Shown in pieces: positions 50,067-61,099 of a stretch of 64,000 nt of DNA. The stretch is from the NCBI RefSeq assembly GCF_030028105.1, contig NC_092375.1:141759035-141823034 (forward strand), given 5' to 3'. This stretch comes from Mobula birostris. Lineage: Eukaryota. Within the stretch, counting starts at the first letter, position 1; every line of letters begins with the position of its first letter. A program made the position numbers and the translations under genes. The notes under the pieces are model-generated. The model ran no database searches, was not told the origin of the DNA, and worked only from the letters and a program-made list of their open reading frames with translations.

Positions 50067-51652
50067 GATTATGCGCCCTCCACACATCAGTTAAATTTAA
50101 ATCCGTTAGAAAAAGGTTAAGTGCTTTGGAAGGAGATTCTTGAGAGCTTGATATTGTTGAGGAAGATTTATCGAGGTTAATGTTTACCAAAGCATTCATA
50201 TCCGAACTGAACAGACACTGAACACTGACATTAACCGCCCCCCTCTGGCATCAACAAATTAGAAAGGCAAAGCAGTTCTCATAGGCAATCATATCAAAGA
50301 GACCAGGAAAAAAAAAATGCCTGGACAAACCGGTTAACCTATATGATTAAAACCATTTCCGTCTCAAATAGAGTACAACACATAATCAAGACCCCAACAG
50401 CCTCTTGCTAGAAACTGTCGCTTTAATAGACTGTCGCTTAGCGATGGCGCTAGTGACGTCTTATCTGGCGCCCAGGAATGTAATCAAGTCTACTGGGGAC
50501 ATAGCGTTCTAAAGCTATTCAGAACAAACTGCTGTTTTTCAGCTTCATTCTTGATGAAGTATGACATTTGGGTATATTGAATATGACCTTAGAAAGTAAA
50601 AGATAAAAAGTATAAATCTAGGTGGATTTATATCACTTCACCATGTTATCCTTGTAGTAACAAGTTAACTGAGCCATTACCTTAAAGCTCTGACCTGCAA
50701 TACTCAGAAACAAATTGGCCCCTTAATTAACTAAATACAAAAGTGCAACGAACGACTTTCTAATAAAAAGATAACCAGAAAACTTCACACCTAGGACGTT
50801 AACTTGCCCGTTCCTGTAGATTGTGCATACAGGCAGGTCCGAGCTCGTAATGCAGTTCCATCTCCTCCCGAGGGGTGTGTGGACTTGCCCAGGGTCGTCT
50901 TCTGTATCTCCTAGCACCGATGATTTTAGAGCTTCTTTCGCTTCCTCTGTCGAATTAAACGACATCTTCATGCCCTTGATATTCACTCTCAAAATCGCCG
51001 GTTATATGAGGAACGAGTCGATCCCCTTCTGTCGAAGCTTAGCGTGGATCTCCTTGTATCCCTGCCATTCCTGCATCGTACCAGGGCTGTAGTCGGCGAA
51101 GAACTGCAGCTGAGTGCCATCCGGGAGAGTAGGTTTGGCTTTCCTCGCGCCTTCCAGGATAGCCTGCTGGTCGGTGTACCGTAGAAGCCTAAAAACCATG
51201 GTCCGCGGTTTTGCGGTGTTGTTGGAAAAGATCCTGTGTGCTCTATCGATCTTCAATGGAGTACTATGGGATTTCTTGACTCTGATTGGGCTTTTAAAGG
51301 ATATCAGTTTTCTTTATTTGAAGCCACTCCATGGTTGCTCTGGCAGTGTGCTTGGGTTGTTGTCCTGCTGAAAGATTGACTTCCTTGCAGATTAAGCCTC
51401 TGGCAGAGGTAGCAGGATTTTTTCATCCAGGATCTATCTACATTTAGCGGCATTTATCTCCCCATCAATCCTGACCAGATATCCAGTCCCTGCTGTTGAA
51501 AAGCATCCCCTTAGCATGATGCTGCCTCCACCATACTTTACAGCAGGGATGATGCACAGTATTTAGACTTGCGCCACACGTACTGCTTAGTGTTGAGGCC
51601 AAAAGGTTCCACTTTAGTCTCTTCTGACCACAAGAAATTCTTCCATATCTTT

Positions 51653-53551
51653 AGGATAATGAACCTAAACACATCTCAAAATCCACAATGAACGAGGTGC
51701 AAGCTGAAGGTTTTGCCATGGCCCTCATGGTCCCCTGACCTAAACATCATCGAGAATCTGTGGATAGACCTCCGACAGAGCAGTACATGCAAGACAGCCC
51801 AAGAATCTCACAGAACTAGAAGCCTTTTGCAAGGAAGAATGGGCAAAAATCCCCTGAACAAGAATTGAAAGACTCTGAGCTGGCTACAGAAAGCGTTTAC
51901 AAGCTGTGATACTTGCCAAAGGGGGTGTTACTAAGTACTGACCATGCAGGGTGCCCAAACTTTTACTTCAACTCTTTTCCTTTTTTGTTATTTTGAAACT
52001 GTAAAATAGTGGTCACCAACCTTTTTAAGCCCAAGATCCCCTACCTCGAACTTTCACATAGATAAGTTGACCCAAAGCAGGCACTGACTTTTAGTGGTAT
52101 AAAACCAACATGCACACCGCTCATTGCTCGGCCCCATCTGTAGTAATTGCCACCAGTTTATGAATGGGGATGTCACTTTCACGGACATATATTTTAAAAC
52201 TCATTGTAAATATCCTTACCTCTCGTTCTTTCCTTTAATTGCAAAAGAGTGGGGAAGTCCTCCTTTGTAAACTCCTGGAAAGCCATTCTGACAAATACAA
52301 CAAGCTGAGCTATTTGCATTACATCCAGGGATTCATCGAACTGTAGTGAAAAATATTTACGTCTTCTGACGGTGACTCTACCCTCCTTGTCACTGTTGCA
52401 GGGCCAAGCAATATATTGCGGTTGTGATGCCGTTTTTATTTTTAATGTCATTAAAAACAGCCTCTGCGGTAATGACCATTGCTTCCTTGAATAAGTCACC
52501 ATCTGTAAAAGGCTTCTTGTGTTTAGCCAAAAGGTGACTTACACGAAATGATGCTTCAATAGCAGCCTTATTTTGAGCAGCTTGTTTTGTGGAAAACGAT
52601 TGCTGGGGTGGGCCTTCATCCCTGAGTTCAGCTCAACTTTCCAGGCACGAATTGTGCTCTTTGGGGGTAGGTGTCTTTAAATTCCTGGTGGTTGGTGTTG
52701 TGGTACCGCTCCAGATTCCCTCTTTTAGTCAATGCTTGTGTTTGGTGGCACAGCATACATACACACTTGTCTTTCACCAAGGTAAATAGAAATTCCTCTT
52801 TCCATTCTGGATGGAATTTGTATGTTTTCGCCTTCTTTCGTGGAGCCTCCACTATGCTATCAGGATATCACGAGAGATTGCCGATTGCGTCGCCTCTGAT
52901 CTGAGCCGACAGTTACGTGTCGGGTGGCACCTAATTAATTAGCTGGTTTATTTCAGCTTTTTTTTCTTAAAAATGTGCTGTGTGCATCCCGACTACCGCT
53001 GCACCACTGCATGCTTCGCGGCCCGGAGGTTGGGGACCACTGCCGAATATTGATGTTTGCCACAGTCTGTACTCTTATCTAATCTGATTGGTCACTTTGA
53101 TGCAGCACAAGCTACACTGAAAACGCAGTGCATGGTGGGGGACTACACACATGCGCACTGGGCAGAAAGAACGGAACTAAACCCCAACAACCGGGAAACA
53201 ATCTCTCTTTACAAACAGCTTTTAGTGAAAATATTGCTATATTACCATTAGCCTAATTAGTATTACTTACTTTCATAATGCTCACATTACAACAGTATTT
53301 GTGTATTTATTTTTGATTTTTCTTTGGGACCTACTGGGAAAGTCTCAAAGATCGACCGGTTGATCGTGATCGACGGGTTGGCGACCCCTACTGTAAAAGA
53401 TGGAAATAAAAAAGTAATCTTGCTTAAGATATTAAAGAAATGTGTCATCTTTAACTTCATGCCTCTTGAAAGTCAGGTCATCTTTTACTTGCTTAGCTAT
53501 TCATAGTAACAGAAATTTTGGCCGGGGTGCCCAAACTTTTGCATGCCACTG
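51653..53551 (+). mobile_element. Tc1-like transposon B, right half only, IR/DR-type end
   Basis: DNEPKH, WPS.SPDLNIIENLW. Direct repeat gggtgcccaaactttt at about 51949 and 53525. Ends gcatgccactg|TA. Confidence 0.85.
52007..53390 (-). mobile_element. hAT (Charlie/Buster-like) transposon, internally deleted
   Basis: Perfect 8-bp TSD ctgtaaaa (51999-52006, 53391-53398). TIRs tagtggtcaccaacc / ggttggcgaccccta. BED finger CVCMLC..NLERY.NTNH; YFSLQFDES.D...AQLVVFVR. Confidence 0.93.
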
Positions 53552-56454
53552 TAAATAACCTTTTTACGCAAAGCCTTGGAGATTTTGGAGCCATGAACTT
53601 CATCTCCCATTGCAGCTACTGCAGCTCACTCAGAGGGATTGTTAGCATCACAGTAGCCTCTCTTACATGTCCATTCTTCTCTGGTGACTGTGGAGAGGGG
53701 TGGCCTGACCTGGGTAGTGTGGCTGTGGGTTAATTTTTTTTTCCACTTTTTCATGATGGACTGCGCTGAGGTCTGAGGTAGGTTCAGTGTCTTTGAGATG
53801 GGTTTTTATTCTTTCCCAGATTTGTGCTTCTATTATCACTTCTCTGACTTGAATGTTCTTTTGTCTTCAATTCGGTTTGGTCTGTTGAAAATCTACTATA
53901 CTGTTGCACCTTATAGATGAGGTAGTTATTCTTATGAATTCATTGAAAAGAGGTGATTCTCTATTTTTCTACGTTAACAAATTGGCAAGGTAATACACAA
54001 TATTGCACCTGAGGAAGGTTAGTGTATTAATTACAAAGAAGATGAATACTTTTTCAGCCTCAAGTTTGGTTTTTAATTTTTAGTAAATTATTGACAGGCT
54101 TTGGAATTTTTCCTTTGATCTGACATGATGCACAATGTTTTGTAGATTTGCTCAAAAAATCCTACTTCAATATATTTGAAATTTAGAAAATGAGACAGTG
54201 AAATGTGAAAACATTTGTGTACGCTGAATACTTTTTCAAGACACTCTATCCTTGTCCATGAAGCACAGCAAATTGTGCAGTCTCCAGCAGTTTGCTTTAC
54301 TCCATGGAGGAGTTTGTGTTTCCTACATTGACCTAATTCGCCGCCTCAGGACCTTCAAAACCAGACTGAAAGCCTGAGGAACTGCTTAAAAAGGTGAAAG
54401 GAAACCATACAATCCAATATCAAGAAATACTGAGAGCATTGGATCTGGTTAAGATTGTAGAATCAGAGACCATTTGGGATAATACTCAGAACTTGTGCTG
54501 TAGTTCCAATGGAATTACAACAACAAAATGAGGCACTACAGCTCAAAGTTGTGAGGAGGATGCAAAAAAACTGCAAAGGGGTATAAATATATGGGATTTC
54601 ATATTACGGTTTCTTGCAGCACAGAAGAAGACTATTCAGCCTATTGAGTCTTAGCCAACTGTCAGAACAATTCCAGCAAACACATTCCCCACTTATTTCT
54701 TGGCAACTGCCTCTTTCTCCCACATGCATCTTTTGACAGGATGAAACTTGCCTGCGTATGTTCTGAACACAAAAAGGAGGACAGATTCAATCAAATCACT
54801 GTCTTATTAGCTCACAATCAGACCACAATCATCAGCATTACCAGTAGAGCTGTCAGATACTACTTACTTTCCACTTGCATGTTTACCAGTGCCTGATTTG
54901 GGTTTTATCAAGACCACATGATTCCCGATATCATCACAAACTTAATCTGAACAAACATGGAGTCATTGTTGAATTTGAGCAGAGAACGTAGAACAATACA
55001 GCACAGGGAACAGGCCCTTCACCTTATGATTTCTGTGATGATCATAATACCAGTCCAAATTTATTCCATGCCTCTTATGTGTTGCTGTTATATATGCTTC
55101 CACACTCAAACCTGGTAGTCCATTCCAGCCTGCTGTTTCCCTGCAGGCTGACTGCAGCTTAATTACATTCTTTTGTCTTCAGCCCTTTATCTTCTGGTCG
55201 CTGAAACTCTCCTTCCAGGAGCACCCACGGGCTCTCTCATCAATGTACAGGAAGGGGCTGGGGTGGCCTCCATGTAAATGTCTGCAAGGACCTCTCCCCA
55301 GTGGCCCCCCCTTCTGAACTGTTCGGTCGATCACTGGCCCAACTGCTGAAAAGGGCCCAGCTCCTCAGACTGGGGTGACTGCTTTCAGATGCCGTGTGCA
55401 GTCTGAAATGCCATCAAAGTGGTGGAACTTGCCATCTCTGCTTTAACTCAAAAGTCCCTCCCCATCTATTTCCCAAATAACTATGCTATAAACTTAATCA
55501 TCTACCTTCAGCAACCAGCCTTCTTTACAGAGTACCATCATCATCACACTTTAGCAGGCTATTCATGGTTTTCCAACACGTTCTCAGTGTCTTCTGCCAT
55601 GCTCTCAGTGTTTTCTGCCTTTGCGTTTTCTCCGGGTATGTTTTCATCAGCTGTGGTCAGGTCTGGCATGGCCGGCTGGTATTCCTCTCTTAGGTTCTCT
55701 GTAATTACATGGTTACTGGGTACACTTGGTTCCCCACTCCGTCTGTGGGAGCAACAAAAGGGTGAGTTGTATGCTTTAACCTGAGTCCAGCGTTTCCACT
55801 GGCTGCCTCGCCGAGTCTGTACACAATGGGTTTGTGGCTTTAAGGACTGCCCATTCCGAGTTTCTTCAGTAATGGCCAAGTTAGTTCAAAAGCAACTAAA
55901 TAACAAATTCTCAAAAAAATATATTTTACTCTAATATTAATAATGAAGATCGGAAATACAAAGTGCGGTGTACTACATATATTCCACTGCAGGTATTTAA
56001 AGTGTTAAGGCTAGAGTTTAGTCTGTTTAGGTTTTTTTTTTGTGAGACAAGAACATTTGACATAATTTTTCCATAAGTGAGAGAAGTGCAAAAAAAATGA
56101 ATTCAGTGATAGAAAAATGTGAGTGCCATATTTGGCAAATTCATTGTACATGATAACTCCATCCTGGCAGCAGCCCCAGGTCCTAATTCTAGATGCATAA
56201 TCAAATGTCAACAGCAAAAACTTAAATGCAATAACTTTATTAAATTACATCTCAGTAACTGGAAAGAATGTAGGTTTGTTTGTTATGGGTATTTTGAAGA
56301 CTTGAATTGAATTTGTTTATAACTAAGAGGTTGCAAAAAGTTGGCGTTGGAAAAATATAAATGTTCTTGTTTCTCAAATAAAACTAAATAGACAAAATTA
56401 TAAACTTAACATTTTAAATTACAAATTTCACAACATATGTCACAACAATTTCAC

Positions 56455-56835
56455 AACAGTGTCCATTATGAAGGACCTCCAGCATCCAGGGCATGCCCTT
56501 ATCTCATTATTAGCATCAGCTAGGAGGTACAGAAGCCTGAAGGCACACACTCAGTGATTTAGGAACAGCTTCCTCCTGTCTGCCATCCAATTTCTAAATG
56601 GACATTGAAGCTTTAGACACTACCTCACTTTTTTTTAATATACAATATTTCTGGTTTTGCACATTTTAAAAATCTATTCAATATATGTAATTGATTTACC
56701 TGTATATTTATTTTTATGTTTTATTTATTATCTTTTTTTCTCTCTGCTAGTATTGCATTGAACTGCTACTGCTAAGTTAACAAATTTCATGTCACATGCC
56801 AGTGATAATAAATCTGATTCTGATATGAAACCTGA
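56455..56835 (+). mobile_element. Rex1-like LINE 3' fragment
   Basis: Reverse-complement match to about 37725-38095; GATAATAAA + gattct tail. Confidence 0.85.
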
Positions 56836-56839
56836 TTCT

Positions 56840-57165
56840 GGTTATATTATTGACAAGGACCCAAAGACCTTGACCATGATCTGCAGAACTGAGTTTAATC
56901 CAATCATGACAGCCATGGATTTAAATTTAAGTACAAATAATATTGAAATCAAAAGCTAAGTATTAATGATGGTGACTATTACACTACCAGATGGCTATAA
57001 GAATCCATATTTTTTATTGTGTCTTTAGGGGAAGTCTACTCCTCTTTTCTAGTGTAGTCTTAGGTGCAACCTTGCAACCACTGGTATGTTTAACTTCCCA
57101 TTGAAATGGTCCAACAAAACATACTGGGCTCAAACAATACAATAAATGCTAGTTTTGCTAACAAC
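56840..57165 (+). mobile_element. Old SINE, same family as 23935-24200
   Basis: gagtttaatcc head; ctttaggggaag, gaaatggtcc, caataaatgct motifs. Confidence 0.45.
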
Positions 57166-57439
57166 ATGTAGATTGAACAAACTTTAAAAACTGAGAAGAC
57201 TGAAATTTTTGAATGTTCAGGATTATATTCAGCTTTATGTTGACTGGTGATTTATGAAAATTCAGACGGATCATAGTGTGAGATGATTTCTGATATTCAC
57301 TATAAAATAGTTATCATTAAAGTTTGAAATCCATACGATGATATCTGTGGCCTGTGTCACCATAATTTCACCTCAATAGAAAAGAGATGAAAAGAAGTCT
57401 TTGGATGGAGATTGCCAGACAGGAAACTTCTTTGTGAGT

Positions 57440-59100
57440 CATAGAAACACACAACACAGAATCAGGCCCTTTTTACCCACCTCATCCATGCTGAATATGA
57501 TCGTTATCTATACTATTTCCATCTGCCTGCATTAGATCTTTATTTCTCTATGCTTTCCTATCCAAATTCTGGTTCAAAGATCTTTCAAATATTGGAATAG
57601 AATCTTTCACCATTACTTCCTCTTACAACTCATCCAGAATTTCACCACCCTTCATAAACCTTCATGAGGTCATCTCTAATCATTTTTGTTCCATTGAGAA
57701 TAAACCCATCCCATCCAAGGTCTGCTTATAGCTAGGCCATCTATTCCAGGCAACATCCTAGTGGTCTCATCTACAATCTCTCCATTGCTACCACCTCCTT
57801 CTTTTATTTAGAGATACAACATGGAATAGGCCCTTCTAGCCCTTCAAACTGTGACGCCCCGCAACCCCAACACCCGGATTTAACCCTGACCTAATCGAGG
57901 GAAAATTCACGATAACCAATTAACCTACCTAGTATGTCCTTGGACGGTGAGAGGAAACCGGAGCATCTAGCAAAATCCCACGCATTGCGAGCTCTGTTCC
58001 ATGGGGAGGACATTCAGATGCTCCTTACGGAGGATGCTGGGATTGAACTTTGAATTTCCTACATCTTGAGGTGTGATGGCATTGTGCTAACTACTATGCT
58101 ACCGTCGCTTTATCTGGCTGCCAGAACTGCACACAATACCCTAACTGCTATTCAACCAAAGTTTTCTACAATGGTGACGTGACATCCCTGTGTGATGCTC
58201 AATGGCTCAGCCTATCGTGGAAGCATACCAAATACCAATTTTAATGATCCTACGCACCTGTGTTGTCACTTTAATGAAGCTATGGACTTGCACCTTAAAA
58301 TCTCCCTGAATACTTCCAAGGTCAATACCATTTACTCTGTATGCTCTACCAGAATTTGATATGCTAAAATGCATTACCTCACACTTGTATAGATTAAATT
58401 CCTTCTGCTACTACTCTGGCCAATTTTCCAGCAAATCTATGTTTGCTATATCCTTTGACAACCACCTTCACAGTCTACAATTTCATGAATTTCAGTGTTG
58501 TCTGCAGACTTCCCAGTCAGGCTACCTACATTCTTATCCAAGTCATTTACAAACATATTCCAAACAACACGGATCCATTCACCAATTCAGTCAGAAAGGT
58601 AGAAGGTGCAAGTGCCTCAGGATTTGCACCACCAGATTCAATAACAGTTAACTACCCCTTAACCATTGGCTCTTGAACAAAAGGGGTTAACTACACTCAT
58701 TCTATTTCTGGTGTTCCCACAGCCAATGGTCTCACTTTAAGGACTCTTTTATCTTGTTATTTCATTCTCTCATTATTTATTGCTATTTATTTACTTTTAC
58801 ATTTGCACAGTTTGTTGTTCATTGATCCTGTTTACAGTTACTGTTCTAAAGATTTGCTAAGCATGCCCACAGGAAAAAGAATCTCAAGGTTGTATGTGGT
58901 GACATGTATGCACACTGATAATAAATTTTACTTTAAAATTTTGAATTTTGAAAAGCACTCATCCATCATTAACTATTCTCTGCCTTTTAATCGCCATACC
59001 AATTTGCCAAAGTGTCCTGAATCCTTTATGCTACTTCAGTCTTGAGGTCTAGCTTCCTGTGCAGGACCTTGTCCAAAGCCTTATTAAAGTGTGTTAAAGC
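57440..59100 (-). mobile_element. Old CR1 3' region, interrupted by a V-SINE (about 57808-58107, -) and a Rex1-like tail (about 58580-58945, +)
   Basis: CR1-type tail catagaaacacacaacacagaatcaggccc. V-core reverse complement gaggaaaccggagca..aatcccacgca. GATAATAAA tail at about 58917. Confidence 0.65.
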
Positions 59101-59245
59101 AAATCTCTAGTTTGCCTATTCCTGCAGACTAAAAAATTAAAGTTGCAACTCCATGTTGATAAATGTTTTTACTTTATATAGATTGCACATCTTTCAGTCT
59201 TTCGTCTACCTTAGTGATCAGATCTCCACTATGTTTAACTTGCAG

Positions 59246-59393
59246 AGATGGAGTGCAAGTGAGTCGAGAGCTCTTGCAGTTGAATCCTGACATTCATGAG
59301 CAGTACCTCGACTTGCTTTGCCAGTACGATCCACAGCGAGTAACTGATTTCCTGAGGGTGTCAGAACATTATAGACTTGAAGAAGCTGTTCAG
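59246..59393 (+). CDS. VPS8: VPS8 coding exon (8th), phase 2/0
   Basis: ttgcag|A...CAG|gtactt; 148 nt; (P)DGVQVSRELLQLNPDIHEQYLDLLCQYDPQRVTDFLRVSEHYRLEEAVQ. Confidence 0.94.
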
Positions 59394-59818
59394 GTACTTA
59401 ATTACACTTAAATTTACACATGATATCTAAAATGGAAGGTATAATGAAATAGTGGTACAAAAAGACATTTTTGAGTATTACAGAATGTGACTTAAATGGG
59501 ATAGTTTATTAGTTCCATAAATGATTCAAACAAGTTGTGCTCATAAGATTTCAGTACAAAATGTGTAACTATCAGAATAGCTTATCTTTCAGTGATATTT
59601 TCAATGCAGTTTTTTGCAGCGCTGGATATCCAAGTAGTTGTGTTGTTGGTGGAATTTTCATTAGGCTTTTTTAATAGTTAATAAGACAGCTGCATCCTGT
59701 ACCACATTGACATGCTTGAGGCATAATTCTGTAGTAATTAATTCATCAAAAACTCTGGCTTGTGATGAATGCTTACTAAATTACCAACCATGCAATAAAA
59801 ACATTTACACTTATATTA

Positions 59819-60960
59819 CTGTGGATGCCGGTTAACGGGGCCACATTGGGACCAGTACATTTTAGCCCAATTAAGTGGCTACCCCAGTTACCTGAAGTCT
59901 CATGGAAATAGTTAAAAAGGTATTAAGAAAAAACAACTACTATTTAATTGAGTAATAAATGATGTATTAAATAAAATACAGAACAGATTACGACACTACC
60001 GATTTAAGCTGCTGTGGATGAGGTGCCCAGGGAGAGCTAGCTTTCAGATTTTCGATTCCATGTTTGGATAGCTCATTCCCTTTGCTCCCCACAAGGCACT
60101 CAGCTCTTACCTTTGGCTCCAAGTAGCTGTTTGCATATGACGGCAGCCCCACATATGAAACAGGTACACTGCTTCGACAGGAGGGTTAAGCTCGAAGAGA
60201 GTAGCTGGCAGGCCTCATACCCCAGTGAAGTAGGGAGATGCTTGTTTTAGCTTGTGAAGTCAGCTCAGGCGGACTGGGTGGTTGAGATCAACAGTGATTT
60301 CCAATGGCAAATGTGTTTCTGCAACGTTCGTGGAGAGCGAAGGGCATGATAAAGCACAAAAGCAGTCATGGTTATCCACTGCAATCAAGAAAGTCTCCAG
60401 TTTGTGATGACTACTCATACCACTGGACACGGATTACCATGTTCAAGAGGGGAGCAGCTGCCTCAATTAGGCTAAGTTCCATGGAAATAGTCAAAAAGGT
60501 ATAAAAAGACAAACTGAGTAGTAAATTATGTATTTAAATGAACAAATTGGAACACTACCAATACTACTCTAGTACTATAAAACTGTGTATTAGTTCCTAA
60601 TACTTATTGATGGAGGAGCTCATCCTGTCGCAATCTTTTGACTGAAAATGAACAAAATCAGCATGGACACCCAGTGCAGATTTTGGGCTGCCTTGTTACA
60701 ATGCTGTTGAAGGTTGCATTCTCCAAATATTCATTTTCATTGTAACATTCAAGACAATTGTCAATACTTTCAAATTCTTTGTTGTTCCTAACTTGTTGAA
60801 ATCATTTCATGTTCACTCCTGACCATTTCTTGCATCTTGAAGCCTGTTTGCTTGAAACTGCAGTGAGCAAAACAGTTCTGAATTATCTCGCTACTTACTT
60901 GCTGCCAACTATCAGTGAGAAAAATTGCTGCTTTTTGAATACAGACATGCACAACTAACA
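59819..60960. mobile_element. Tigger/pogo-like element, copy B, right end missing
   Basis: TA|ctgtggatgccggttaacgggg. Collinear with 22005-23115. Confidence 0.65.
60008..60455 (+). mobile_element. Unclassified element, second copy, within MITE copy B
   Basis: Homologous to 22238-22700. Confidence 0.7.
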
Positions 60961-61099
60961 CTATCTCTACCTCTAGCTACCAACTTCTCCATTTTTCACC
61001 TGCCCTCTTCTCCTCTCTCATTCTCGAAACTCTTCTTCCTTCCTGACCTCTTCGACTCAATTCTTGTACTTCCCCCCACCATTCCTTCGTCCTCTCCTC

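Larger units (their letters stand above)
42521..51256 (-). mobile_element. L1-clade LINE, 5'-truncated in ORF1, fragmented and interrupted
   Basis: ORF1 IDRAHR..KPR...QFFADYS. EN TFSRRDYILIS, SDHNPV. RT PGIDGIPVE, YRPISLINAD.KI, FYADD, FGFLSGYKVN. C-terminal CxxC...H.VW. A-rich tail at about 42521-42550. Confidence 0.93.
42464..54246 (-). mobile_element. Tc1-like transposon A, host of nested insertions (own pieces 42464-42520, about 51257-51652, 53554-54246)
   Basis: TA|cagtgccttgtaaaagtattcagc ... gctgaatactttttcaagacactc|TA. Minus-strand remnants PISKTLNLP..AQSIMKKWK, LWSEETK, VKYGGGSIM, FQQDNNP. Confidence 0.88.

Noticed and set aside
51002-51256. L1TD1-like gene
   Set aside because: Truncated ORF1 collinear with a decayed L1 ORF2.
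52194-52852. GTF2IRD2/ZBED/EPM2AIP1-like host gene
   Set aside because: Frameshifted, truncated, and bounded by TIRs and an 8-bp TSD: a hAT transposon remnant.
54249-54530. Direct continuation of the LINE fragment 42135-42460 across the Tc1 nest
   Set aside because: It looks LINE-like but not like the region expected after FADD, so collinearity could not be shown.
59163-59411. 82-aa standalone ORF
   Set aside because: It is VPS8 exon 59246-59393 read through its flanking intron sequence.
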